A stretch of 64,000 bases of DNA, taken from positions 24,578,682 through 24,642,681 of the forward strand of contig MU057350.1 in the NCBI GenBank assembly GCA_013239625.1. The letters run 5' to 3'. The position numbers and the translations under genes are program-made. The stretch is from Lama guanicoe (lineage: Eukaryota). The notes beneath the pieces were generated by a model, which was not told the DNA's origin, ran no database searches, and worked only from the letters and a program-made list of their open reading frames with translations. Below are positions 40,420 to 52,939 of the stretch, piece by piece (the first letter of the stretch is position 1; each line of letters begins with the position of its first letter).

Positions 40420-40830
40420 CAAGTGTGTTAACTTTCATATTAACCCTAGGAGGTATTTCTTACTCATATATTTTATAAGTACAGAAATTGAGTCTTAGAG
40501 AGTTGAAATAACTTGCCCCAAATCACTCGGGTCTTTGGGTGGCAGATGCATGATTCAAATGCCAATCTCTTTTGACTCTTAAGTGTTCCTCTCCAGCCCT
40601 CCCGAGTAACGGTGCTTTGCTGTTTAGCGAGGACCAGCAGGGCATAATAGAAGTGTCACAGGCTTTGGGTTTGAGTTGCAGCCCTGCCACTGACCATGTG
40701 ACCTTTGGTGGACCTCCAGCTTAAGTCTCCTCTACTGTAACACTAACCAGATGGTGATGCTAAGAGGCTAAAATGGAAGCACGTACAAAACTGTGTTATC
40801 CATTTTGGGGTCCATCACAGGCATTCAGCA
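40420..40830. repeat. MIR fragments
   Basis: gaaattgagtcttagagagttgaaataacttgccc; ccctgccactgaccatgtgacctt. Confidence 0.55.
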
Positions 40831-42429
40831 GTGGAAGCTTTTGTATGATTTTTTGTATGCATATATGATTATGGGAGTGTTAAAGATCATTTTTTAAACA
40901 CTTTGATGTGAATGCTGCACTATTGTAGGTTTACTGGTGGTTAAAAATCCAATCGTCATAATGCCTAGTCTCTGGTATGTGACTGTGTGTGGTTAGGTAA
41001 CGTGTAAGTAGAACTCCTTAGGATCATTATTTTGAATCCATTTTGCAGCTTTGGAAATTGATGTCTAAGGTAAGGTGACTTTCTTAAGTTACAATCGTTG
41101 CATTTAATAAATTATTTCCTTGTCTTAGGAATTATCTTACTTATTTACAAACTTCCCACGTGTATTTCTGATTTATTTGGAAGACATTGTGACAGTGAGG
41201 CTGTATTTCATGTATAGCCCAAGTGTCTGCTGGAGAATAAAATAGGAAGAACCTCATTCCAAAATACAGGAGCACCCTCACTACTAGACCTCAGGGCCTC
41301 CTTTATTCTGGCTCTTGTGGAATATTTGGTGACTTGCCTGGGTGACTGTTACCAGGTGACATCAGACTCCTAAAATTCCACGATTGGTAATAATTGTCTA
41401 ACTAGCGGGCTTCAGTGTTTTTCAAGTGTGAATACTTCTCTGCGAGTTTTGAAATGCCATGGAAAACACTTCAGAATCTAAAGGTTGAATTTTACTTGGA
41501 TCCAAAACAAGAAAATTCTCCACCTTGCACCTCCTGCGTTCAGAGTATTTTCAGCTTCTGTTTTTAAACTCATTTGCAACCCCGTCTTGTTCTTTTGACC
41601 TCTGACTTTTGACCTCTGCGTTAGAGAGAACTCCAGGAACCGCAGAGCCTGCCATTTTGAGTCAATAGCAGTGATTTGTTTTGAATGTTTTGGTTTCTGT
41701 GCACCAAATCCAATTATACTATTTTTATTTACAGTATTCGGTGTGACACTGGATAGCTCAAAGGGTTATTTTATGCTTTCTGTTCCACTTAAACATCTGT
41801 AAATTTTGCTTTTCTAGTGCAGTCAGCAAGACCTAGCGGGAACCAAGGAGCCACTTTTCTTCCTAAGAAGAAGAAAACTGACTGCTCTGGTTTGGCCAGG
41901 CTGGATCCAGCCTCCTAGCGCTTCCAGTCATTGCAGGGACCATGGCCACCCTAGCTTTCTGCCTTGCAAAGTAATCCCTGTGCCTTCATGTCACTAAGTT
42001 GAACTGCAGATTGGCTCTCATTAAGATGAACCTCTGGCAGCAGTCTGAATGCTTCTGTGACTGACGTACGTTTGATAATGTCAGTCCATTTCATTTTCTT
42101 GAGATTGGAGAGCCATCCTTTTAGAATGATATTTCTTTTTTCTTGGACATTTCTATTAATAGGAGTTTACCTGTGATAATTGTATAAGAAACAATAAGAA
42201 GATAATAATTAGATAAGAAAGCTAAGTTATACCCTTGATGACACACAGGTATTTATTTTTTCTTAAAATAAATTTTAAATGTCTCTTTGCCCACTGCTTG
42301 CCTTCATCTGGAATTTTATCTTTAACTGGTGTTGCTTCAAACAGAAATCACATGATAAACATGCCCCCATCACCCCTCCAGGAGGAAACTCGGTGTGACC
42401 ATTTATGTGTATTGCAGTTAACCATCGTT

Positions 42430-42900
42430 AATCAAGCACTTATTATGTCCCAGGTATTGTGTCCATTCAGTCCCTACAAAAATCACAGGAGATGGTTGAT
42501 AATCCACTAGGCAAATGAGGAACATTAATTTCAGAAAGGTTGACACTGTTTCCTTAAAACCATACTCCTAATAAGTAATAATAAAAGTATTGCTATATTT
42601 TTCAATTAATTGCTTATCACGTACCAGGCAATGTGCTAAATACTTTATATAGACGATCTTATTGAAAACCTCAACGATGGTTTCACATTCTTCTCAGTTT
42701 ACACCTAAGGAAGGCAGTGCCTGAGATGCTATGCAGGTTTGCTCAGGTATCACAAGGGGTGGATTCCAATTTTAAAACCAGGCAAAATGGCTGACTCCAT
42801 AGCTCACTCATTTAATCACCAATCTGTTATGTGACTCGCTTACCATTTCAGTACGTGAAAGCTCTGAATTAGAACTGTTCAGGTCTTTGACTCTAAAGCT
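42430..42900 (-). repeat. Nested MIR fragments
   Basis: aagcacttattatgtcccagg…; ccaggcaatgtgctaaatactttat…. Confidence 0.55.
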
Positions 42901-43348
42901 TATCCTCTGTGTGCTGTGACTTTCACACCCCAGTCACCCTTGACCTCTACATTCCTCCTTAAAAGGAGGAACTCAACTCTAATTTATAGCATAGCATCTT
43001 GGAGAAAAATGCCTTTGGTTTATTATTTTTCAAAGCGAATTCTGTGGTGTATTGAGTCATCTCGGTGTAAGTTGTAGTCCGTGGGCCTCCTGGATCCAGC
43101 TGTCGGCTAGTCTGTTAAGAGGACCTGCTTGTCTGTTTGCACGCCTGTTAGACGGCTTTCTGTGTTTCATTAGCAGGCGGAGGAGTTGATCATGAGAATA
43201 CACCTCCATACTGTTTTTGAATCAGATTTTTGAAAGTAACTTCCCAGTCTTTCTGATAAAGCTTACTGGCAGCTACTACACTTGATGACTGTAAAGGGTA
43301 ATTGTTTTTCCCCCTCTTAGTTTACATATTCTTCAATCTTCTTTCTAG

Positions 43349-43494
43349 GTTGGAATAATTCTTCATTATTCCACCCTTGCTACAGTACTATGGGTGGGAG
43401 TGACAGCTCGAAATATCTATAAACAAGTCACTAAAAAGGCTAAGAGATGCCAGGATCCTGATGAACTGCCACCTCCACCAAGACCGATGCTCAG
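43349..43494 (+). CDS. ADGRA3: ADGRA3 exon: TM3/ICL2 ([27 protein letters not shown]…PPRPMLR)
   Basis: ttctag|GTT acceptor, AG|gtatct donor, 146 nt, phase 0-2; translated by hand; LHY…W motif of family-B/adhesion TM3. Confidence 0.94.
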
Positions 43495-44352
43495 GTATCT
43501 GATACCATCATGTACTGTCTTATGTTAAACGTTCGTCAGATATTACATTTAATGAAGCATGGTCGTAACAAAAAATTGCTGAGGGAATTTTAGAAAACAA
43601 AAGAATGGGCTTGTAAGCCGGGCCTCCTGGTTTTGACCACTGGCTGTGCACCCTGCCGGCTGATAGTGTTCTTGAAGTTTTGTATCCTCTCGGTGCCTGA
43701 CTCATCTACAAAGTGGGAATGATTCTTCTTCATAGAGTTGTGGTGAGGAATAAGTGACATAGGGTATAAAGCAGCTAAGATGGTGCTGGCCATAGAATAG
43801 GCTCTGTGAAAATAACTGTAATTTCCTTGAGGTCATGTGATAGATACTAATCTGCTCAGTGTAGTTATTCTCTACAAAAGACAAAACAGTTTTGGGGTCA
43901 TGCTGTTCCTAGCATTATAATTTTAACAGTCGTCAGTGGATAATTGTGCTGGATGAGTAGAAATGGATCAGTGTCTCTTGTGTTGAACGCTGGGTGTGTA
44001 CCTGGCACTAGGGCAGGGACTGAAGGCAGACCTGCGTCCTTGAGGGCTTTACAAGCCAGGGTATGAAGAGCTGACTGCAGCTGGGTACGAGCTGTTGTGC
44101 GGCTGCGTTGTGTGAAAGCACCAGTGGAGGAGCCATCCATTCTGGGGGGGCGATGGGGGGTTCCTAGGAACTGCTTGATGACCAGTGTAAAAGGCAGAGG
44201 TAGCACTCCAGGGACGGGGTTATGTGCTGAGCTGAGTGCGCTTGGAGAAATGCATTTTGGCTGTGGCTACAACCTAAGAGTAAGAGTAGCAGAAATTCAG
44301 GGTGAAAGGTGATTTTTGGGCCTTGGGAGGCTGCATTATAATGTGGGCTGTA

Positions 44353-44446
44353 TATATATAGAAAATAGATACATAAGAAGGTCCTACTGTATAGTGCAGG
44401 GAACTATTGACACAACATTGTAAGTTGACTATACATCAATTAAAAA
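44353..44446 (+). mobile_element. Very short artiodactyl L1 3' end with internal deletion
   Basis: ggtcctactgtatagtgcagggaactat joined directly to gacacaacattgtaagttgactatac and an A-tail. Confidence 0.7.
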
Positions 44447-46462
44447 AATGAGAGCTATAAATTGGAATACCCAAGAGTAGGGGGCATATAAGAATAATTC
44501 TGTGGAGGTCACTGATGGTCCCCTGTGAGGAATGAAAGCAGAACAGGGGCATAAAGAATAGAGGGGATACAGGGTCAGAGACTTGAGACGGTTTCTCTCC
44601 GGTGGCTGACCTGCTGGCTTTAAGAGACATGGGAGAGAATTCGAAGGCGGCTGCAGACTGTCTGCTCTAGTTAGCTAGGGCCCCTCTGCAGACGGTGCTT
44701 CTATCCACTGAGAAAAGCATAGAGGAAAAGAAGATGGGGCGGGGTGGGCTCCGGGCGAGTAAGCACAGGGGAGGCAGGCTCGCCAGTACTTTGTTGTGGA
44801 AAGTTTACATGTTGGCAGCCTGATGCTCAGCAGAGAGGGCGAGCTACCCGTTCTCTGGACGAGACAGGAGACTTTTTCACTTGTGTTCCTTGAAGCCATG
44901 ATAATGAACAAGCTCTCCCAGGGGAAGTTATTTAAGAGTGATCCCTGGGCCATACCAGTGTCGCATAGATGGGCCATAGCAAATAAAGAGATTTGAAAGA
45001 GAACATTAGAGATTCAGTGGAGAGTGGTTCCCTGGAGCACTCGGCCACAGTCAGATTACAGGAGGAGATATGACACCTCTGTCAGTGGTGAAAGGAACCA
45101 AGAGATGGTTTGGCCTAGAGACTTGGAAATCCAACCCTCATGCAGCTGTTCCTTTCTGTTAGGTGATGATTAAAACCACAAAATTAGTGAAAGTCAGCTT
45201 GGGCTCCAGACCGTATGCAGTTCCCAGTGACCCGCTTTAGACAGTGCAGGTTCGCCCTTTAGGGCGCCCTCCCTCCCCCGTGTCCCTGAGCTTAAGGAAC
45301 CTCTCGCATCAGGGATACCTGGAGGGTTGGCAGGGGCCCTTCCTTGAGTCTCTGCTGGCCCCAGAGAGGGCAGTTTCAGGAGCACGGGAGCTGGAAGCAG
45401 CCTCACCTCACAATAACCTGGTAAAGGCGAGGCAGGTGATGGTGCTGGTGTTTCCAGGAGTTTGTCACCGAAGGGGAAGGAAAGTAGGTGATAGTTGAAG
45501 GAAGGTTTCAGAAGATGGGGAGAATGGGAACATATTTGTAGGCTGAAAGTCAGAAGCAGTGGGGAAGTAGATGAAAGCTGAAAAATAAGGGTTAATAACA
45601 GGCAGTCCCGGAGGAGGGGCCGGGGAGGAGTGACGGAGGAGTGCGGAGCCCAAGATGAATTTGGGTGAAATGATACCTTTCCAGGTAGGACGCAGCTACG
45701 AATTAGTCTAGCAGGAGGAAGGGAAGCATCACGTATGTTGGCCTCCTGTTAATCTGAGATACAAGACAGGCCTGTGGTGTTACAGGGTCATTAGCTGTCT
45801 TTTAAAGCAATAACATCATATTAAAGGATTTTAGTACCGTGAACATGACTTAAGAAAAAAATGTGTGGAAAGGTGTGTTATGAATATTGCCTGTATCCAG
45901 CCAATTCAGCACTTGGACTTTGTCTCTGTAACTGGCAAATGCAGAATGAAGATGGACTCTACCCCATAGTAACTAGCCAGGGTAGAAAGTTCCCCTTTCC
46001 TCTTGCCAGAGACCTCAAAGCAGCTGCAGCCAGAAAAAAAAAAAAAAAAAAGGTTTTTTTTTTCCCCCCCATAGGACCAGCCACCACTCTGTTTCCCTCA
46101 GGTCCCACCCCACTGCTGGTCTGGGGGAAAGGGGTCAGGAAGGGCCTGGGAGCTGCAGGGAGCTGCTGGGATCCGGGTAACCTCTCTCCCCACTACCCAG
46201 CCCCCAGTTCCTGAGGGTAAACAGACACAGAACAGCGGTAGGACATCCTGGAATAAGCCGGTGTAGCCGGACATTAATACATAAATAACGCCATTGCATA
46301 TTTAGTCTCAGCTGTGGCACAGTGAGAGCTTAAAGTCGTTTTGTAATGGACTACTTCTCTGGTTTATCAGCTGCATCTGCAAGAAGCCCATTTCCCCCCT
46401 CCCTGAGCAGAAAAAAAGTTTAAACTAAAACCCCTACTTGCAGAAGCTGTTCCTTCGCCTGT

Positions 46463-46476
46463 CCACAAGGTGGCAG
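46463..46476 (+). promoter_or_regulatory. CTCF-like motif CCACAAGGTGGCAG
   Basis: One mismatch to the core consensus; motif only. Confidence 0.4.
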
Positions 46477-46734
46477 AAGCTGATCAGCTTTCCTAAACTC
46501 AGAAACTGTAGACTTTATGCTTTAAAAAAGAAATCCAACGTAAGTTTAAAAATTGTTTTAAATGTTATAGTTAGCAAAGCAGCCTCCAAAAGTTAGCCTT
46601 TGTTGTGTTATTTGAATAGAAATAGTAATGAATCTTTCAGGAATAAATAGCTTTTGCAGTACTGAGAAACTGCGACGTATACACCTTAATAAATTGGAAC
46701 GATGAGCTGTTACTTCCGTCATTCCTCCTCCTAG

Positions 46735-46830
46735 GTTTTACCTGATCGGCGGCGGGATACCCATCATAGTCTGCGGCATTACAGCGGCCGCGAACATCAA
46801 GAATTACGGCAGTCGGCCAAACGCACCCTA
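46735..46830 (+). CDS. ADGRA3: ADGRA3 exon: TM4/ECL2 ([31 protein letters not shown])
   Basis: cctag|G acceptor, TA|gtgagt donor, 96 nt, phase 2-2; translated by hand. Confidence 0.94.
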
Positions 46831-46972
46831 GTGAGTATTCAGCGTTCTCTGTGTACCTGAGTCAGTTGCTTCTCTTTTAACTGTTTCCCAGGCACTAAAG
46901 TTTCCTGCAGTTTCTTCAGCACTTTGCTGACATGTGTAGCATCTGAGCTGGTTCCCTGTTTTCTTTTCCTAG

Positions 46973-48215
46973 TTGCTGGATGGCGTGGGAACCCTCCTTA
47001 GGAGCCTTCTACGGCCCTGCCAGCTTCATCACTTTCGTGAACTGTATGTACTTTCTGAGCATATTTATTCAGTTGAAAAGACACCCTGAGCGGAAATACG
47101 AGCTGAAGGAGCCCACGGAGGAGCAGCAGAGGCTGGCCGCCAACGAGAATGGCGAAGTCAGTCATCAGGACTCCATGTCCCTGTCCCTGATTTCGACATC
47201 AGCCTTGGAAAATGAGCACACTTTCCATGCTCAACTCTTGGGGGCCAGCCTTACTTTGCTCTCGTATGTGGCTTTGTGGCTGTTTGGGGCCTTGGCTGTC
47301 TCTCTGTATTACCCTTTGGACCTGGTTTTCAGCTTCTTCTTTGGAGCCACGTGTCTGAGCCTCAGTGCGTTCGTCGTGGTTCACCACTGTGTCAGTCGCG
47401 AGGACGTCCGGCTCGCGTGGATCATGACTTGCTGCCCAGGCCGCAGCTCGTACTCAGTCCAGGTCAACGTGCAGCCCCCCAGCTCCAGTGGGCCGAGCGG
47501 GGAGGCTCCCAAGTGCACCAACAGCAGCGCGGAGTCTTCCTGCACCAACAAGAGTGCGTCGAGCTTCAAAAACTCCTCCCAGGGCTGCAAACTAACGAAC
47601 CTGCAGGCGGCTGCGGCTCAGTGCCAAACCAACTCCCTGCCCTTGAACGCCACGCCTCAGCTGGACAACAGTCTGACGGAACACTCGATGGACAACGATA
47701 TTAAAATGCACGTGGCGCCCCTAGAAGTGCAGTTTCGAACGAACGTGCACCCAGGCCGCCACCATAAAAACAGAAGCAAAGCGCACCGGGCCAGCCGCCT
47801 GACGGTCCTGCGGGAGTACGCCTACGACGTCCCCACCAGCGTGGAAGGCAGCGTGCAGAACGGCTTGCCCAAAAGCCGGCCGGCCGGCGGGGAAGGACAC
47901 TCCCGGAGCCGAAGGGCTTACTTGGCCTACAGAGAGAGACAGTGCAACCCACCCCAGCAAGACAGCAGTGATGCTGGTAGCACTCTTCCCAAAAGCGGCA
48001 GGAATTTTGACAAGCCCGTTTCCACTAGCAGTAAAAAAGATGCGCCAAGGAAGCCAACTGTGGTTGAGCTGGAAGGTCAGCAGAAGTCTTATGGCCTCAA
48101 CTTGGCCATTCAGAACGGCCCAGTCAAAAGCAACGGGCAGGACGGACCCCTGCTGGGTACGGACAGCACTGGCAATGTCAGAACTGGATTATGGAAACAC
48201 GAAACGACTGTGTAG
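46973..48215 (+). CDS. ADGRA3: ADGRA3 terminal coding exon: TM5-TM7 and cytoplasmic tail ending in PDZ-binding motif ETTV
   Basis: ttcctag|T acceptor; CW motif of ECL2 followed by the 411-aa ORF 46980..48215 ending KHETTV-TAG. Confidence 0.97.
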
Positions 48216-48570
48216 CGCTGGTGGGCTTGCAAGGCAGAAGTCCGTGCAAACTGATAGTCACATTCCTTTCAGCTATGAACGTGTGAAAACAGTTTACAGC
48301 CGCCTTAGGGATTCAAAAGAATTTTGAATAAACTTCTAAGTTTGGGATTTTGTGTATTGTATATCCCCTAAGTGTTGCTTTTTTATGAATTTGAAAAAAA
48401 GAAAAAAGAAAAAAAAAACCAGAAACCTCTAAAGCATTGTTTTAAGTGGTCAAAGCACCAGCAGGACATTTTTGGAATCCGAAATGTAATTTTCTCAGAA
48501 TCTGTAACGTCTGCTTAACATTTCAGGCTTGTATTTAATACAATAAACAGATGTTTGTCATTATGTCAAT
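48216..48570 (+). other. ADGRA3: ADGRA3 3' UTR (end approximate)
   Basis: AT-rich non-repeat sequence after the stop; AATAAA at 48327-48332 and 48542-48547. Confidence 0.6.
48542..48547 (+). terminator. Candidate polyadenylation signal AATAAA (alternative copy at 48327-48332)
   Basis: Canonical hexamer followed by U/GU-rich sequence. Confidence 0.55.
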
Positions 48571-48924
48571 GTTACATTTTTATACTTTACAATAGAAGCA
48601 TTTGATTCTGTTTTAATGAAGTTTGTGCATTGGGACAGCTTAATGAGAATTATACGTAAATCAGTTACCAGTTTTTTACATGATTAGCTCCACTGATTAT
48701 GGCATATACACCAAAGGGCTTATGGATTGATGTATTTTATAAGTATGGTTTTAAGTGCTATGCATTTTTAAGACGATCTCACAGAACTCTTTTTTTGAAA
48801 ATGGAAATGCCTAAAAAGCTTTTCCTAAATTGCACTGCTTTTGCCGTACCACTTTTGTCTTACTAATACTATTTTAGAGTGGCTTTTCAGTGGTTTATAT
48901 TTGGGTTTAGTTTTCTTACTCATT

Positions 48925-49190
48925 CTTTTTTTTTTTTTTTTCCCAGCCCATATGTTATTTCTTTTTAAACGGAAGTGTAATTGACTTACAGTACTTTGTT
49001 AGTTTCAGGTGTGCCACATAGTGATTTGATATTTTTATACATTATGAATTGATCACCACGGTAAGTCTAGTTGCCATCTGTCTTCATACACGGGTCTTAA
49101 AATATTACTAATTCTGTTCCCTATGCTGCACATTACATCCCCATGACTTACTTTATAACTGGAAGTCTGTACCTCTTAATCCCCTTCACA
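48925..49190 (-). mobile_element. L1 3' end fragment downstream of the gene
   Basis: T-tract, tagtttcaggtgt…gatcaccacggtaagtctagttgccatctg…ataactggaagtctgtacctc. Confidence 0.75.
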
Positions 49191-51325
49191 TATATGAATG
49201 TAAATGAAGAGTTCATATAAGGTTCACATTCCCTTATTTTGGGGGGGATTCTTTACTATTGTTGGCTGTTGCTTTGTTCTTAAACAGATAAAATTGCTCA
49301 GGATTCGTGCTAAAGTACTAATTTTAAAATTCTATTCTAAGGGCAAAAGCAGGTCAGATCCAAAAGTAATCACTGGTCATCGACGCACTGTGCAGTCCTC
49401 ACCTGTCTCCTGTCTCCAGTCTCACTGGGTCTTTTCTGGGACAGTTAGATTGGGTCTGCCCTGACTGCTTTGTGCATTCAGTTTCTTCTGATACACAAGA
49501 CAATGCTGGAAAGGATGGGTACAGCTTAGTTTAGATCTGTTTCAGGCAGCCGTCTCAAGGTCTGAGTCAGATCAGATTCAAGAGATGATGGAGTCAAGCT
49601 TGATAAACCTCAAAACCTGAGATTCACCCCTTAACATCGAGTACTTCTCAGACGACACCAGCTGATCACCTAGGATGGTGTAAGTGTCCACTTTTCACTG
49701 GGTTAGTGCTTTAGAAATAAATTATTTCACTTTGCAGTAATAAAACTGGTAGTTCTATTTAAGCCTTCTGTTAGGTGTTGGTTTTAAAGGCATTCTGCAC
49801 AGTTGGGGAAACAAGGCAAGTAAGTAGATAGGTTTGCCATGTGTGCATTTAAGTACCACCTGGCCCAGGGTCTCCTAGTCAGTGTTTGTGGAGAAGGATG
49901 TTTAGAAATGACCAAGATATAAGCTAGTAAGATACGAAGTAAGTAACTCTTATTTTTAAATTGCTGTTAAATTTTGCTCTGTGTTTGTGCAATACATCAT
50001 TCCCATATTTAATATGTTTTCTTTGACCCATAGGTCAACTCTACGTAGGAAAAGAACTTTGTTCTTCTACTTTTTCCTAGCTCCACAAGAAGTGAGGGAT
50101 TTCCATTCCTGAAAATGTTCACCATTCAGTAAGCATTTATTAATTTAAATATAGCTCCTTACAGGTAACAGAAAGAAGAGAAACCTGGGGCTGGGAGAAT
50201 GGGGGAGTGGAATAAAATCAAATATTTGGAATAAAATGAAGATCCACTGAAAATATTCTCAGTGTTTTGAAACATAAAGCATAGGTGATGAATTATAGTC
50301 TTAGCATTTGATCGAATTGAAACTTGATGTTGTGTCTAGGAAGTGAATAAAACATTGCATCTTCCCCATATCTGTCTTTTATAATGTGTGACTTGTTGCT
50401 AGTTGAGGTTTCTCTATTTCTCATAGAATCATAAATTCTTAGCATATGTTTCAGTTTTCTTAAAGATCAGCTCATTCATTTTCCTCATTTAAAAATTATG
50501 GCAACTGAGGCTCAAAGAGTCTCTGACTTGCCGAACCTGAACACACCAGCAAGTGATGGCACATCTGGGACCAGGACCATGTTACCTGGCGCCACGGCCT
50601 GTGTGCTTTGTACATGCGTTGCTTCTCCAAAGGTAAGCACCTGTGCTCTTCAGTGACTGTTACCTCTAATTTTACCGAACTTTATTCTCATCCCAGTTAT
50701 CTGAATTTTAATTTCATAATGAGGTATAATTGGTTATATTCTACTTAAGGAAACACACATGATTTATTTTATTCCATGAAAGTTGTTTAAAATCAAGCTG
50801 TTATATATTATATGTAATGTGTGTACTGTACACATTTTATATATATATATAATTTGATGTTTTGTGCTAGTGTTACAGGCTAACCTATTTTTTAGGTAAC
50901 AAATAGAAATTAGGTTTATGAGTATTTTTCTGACTAGATTTATATACATGTGTAAACATTTGTTACTATTTCAGGTCATTAGTAGGTGGCAGCTAATTTC
51001 TAAATCCCAGGCTTTTTTGCACATGTAACTTATATTCTACATCCATGTTCAGTCTATTTATAGGAATAAATATAATCTTATAAACAGACGGCAATTTCTG
51101 TGTAGATGCTAACGTTTAGATTGTGTTCATTATTGAGACATAGGTGTTTAAGCATTTAGATTTGCATGTTTCAGGCATTGAGTTCAGATACCCAGACTGA
51201 AGTTGATTGAGGGCATAAAAGATGAGGAAGTAAAAAAAAATTAATTGAATGCATTTAATGCAGGAATTAAATTAAATTATCAAGGAAAGTGATGCATACA
51301 ACAGCAATCTGAAATCTAAAACATG

Positions 51326-51492
51326 TTTTTTTTAATTTTATTATTTATTTATTTTTAACGTCTATTTATTTATTTTGGGGGGGTAATTAGGTTTACTCAA
51401 TTATTTATTTTCAGAGAGGGTACTGGAAATTGAACCCAGGACCTTGTGCATGCTAAGCATGTGCTCTACCACTTGAGCTGTACCCTCCCCCC
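51326..51492 (-). mobile_element. tRNA-derived SINE (Vic-1-like, camelid)
   Basis: Reverse complement of the 34396 family (gaacccaggaccttgtgcatgctaagcatgtgctctaccacttgagctgtaccctcccc); TSD-like taaaaca..tgtt on both sides. Confidence 0.85.
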
Positions 51493-52939
51493 TTAAAACA
51501 AATGTTAATTCTGTTTTTCTTTCCAGATTCCCCAAATCATTTAATTATTTTAATATTCACTTCAATGCTCTTAGCTTGAGAGATAACTTGATTATTTATA
51601 AGTATTATGATGTTTCCTGGACTTAAGTCATTTCATCACTTCTGCTAATTTTGCCGTATTGTCCCTAAATTTATATTAATACTGTCATATGAATCAACTC
51701 ACTTTTTTTCTCCCCACTGAAATATAAGTGATAATAAAACCAGTAGATTTATTTGTATAAGTAAAGCAAACCCTTCAAGAGAAATTTGTAACTGTTTATA
51801 AATCTGTCAATAATAAAAATCTGACTGTAATGTTGCTTGGTTTTAGACCAAGATGAGATTGCAGGCAGTAAGAAGGTTCTATTTTTTTTAGTTTTGGTAT
51901 TATCTTAAATCTTCTTCCCCACCTACCTGTGGGTCTCCCGTGTAGAACCATGTCTTACATTGGCCATAAGCAGCTCCTAGCCAGTGGTAATATTGGAACA
52001 CTGGAGGCGTCAACTGAGAAATACATGTGGAGTAATCATTGTAGATTTAGGAGTCCTTTCTGTCTTCCTTGGTGTACCCAGCTCTGTGTGTGATGAAGTC
52101 TCAGGCAGCCTTTGGTGATAGCTTTTTTTCAGCACCTTTTAACCAGGGATATCAGTGACTCAGGTGGATACTGAAGGAGAGGACCGTATTATTTAAGAAA
52201 CCCTCATTTATGTAGTCTGCAATGGACCGCTACCTTTGCTCTTGTAGAGTTGGAATGCTTAGAATTAACTCCTAGCCAGAATCTTGTTAAACTTTTTTTT
52301 CCCACAGACTTATGCTTTATTCTGTTTGAAACACGTATCGTCCTTCTAACCGTGTCATATTTATAAAACAGAGTGTGTAGAAAAAGAGTGTGTTGAATTC
52401 CATTGTCTGCTACCACCACCTAGTTGGAGAAGATACTGATGAAGACTCTGATCAGAGCATCCCAAGTCTATTCAGAAAGTTCAAAATATTTTCAGAGGGC
52501 CCTGCAGATACATTCCTTAACTGAGTTATTCCAACAATATAAAGAGTCCAGCTAATCACATTTTCAGTTTTGCAATCATTGTGTTCATTCTGTCTTGGCA
52601 TATAATATTGATGAAGTTTTGCTTGTACAGACAAATTTAGAGCATTCGAATGAGCAAGCACATATGCAAGCTATGCTTGCCTGCCAGGCCAGGTGTCATC
52701 ATGCGTACCAGCTCAGGCTGAAGAGTGTGTCTCGTGAAAGTGTGTACTGCACGAGAAAGTAATGAGCTCCAGTACTAAACAGGCGTTTTTGTTATCAGAG
52801 TCTGTTCCTTTATGAAACTGAGCAAAAATGTCAATTCGGTAGTTAACCATGATTAACAATTTTTACTGCTTAGTTTTTTGTTTGTTTTTGTTTTTAAACT
52901 TTCATGTTGAGTCTGGGTAAACTTAACTTTTATAAAAAT

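Larger units (their letters stand above)
1548..48215 (+). other. ADGRA3: ADGRA3 (GPR125) gene, 3' portion: 12 coding exons (probably exons 8-19 by analogy to human), 5'-partial
   Basis: The exons splice in frame with GT-AG boundaries into a protein recognisable as ADGRA3 (…[50 protein letters not shown]… to …GLWKHETTV*). Confidence 0.97.

Noticed and set aside
47276-47704. 142-aa overlapping ORF and several antisense ORFs in the last exon
   Set aside because: Non-ATG start for the 142-aa ORF; long alternate frames are expected in GC3-rich coding sequence; no recognisable protein.
48213-48255. Stop-codon read-through (TAG-C) that would mask the PDZ motif
   Set aside because: It lacks the strong TGA-CTAG context and has no other support.
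48394-48418. A-rich tract in the 3' UTR resembling a poly(A) tail
   Set aside because: Genomic A-run with no TSD or element body; more likely a source of internal priming.
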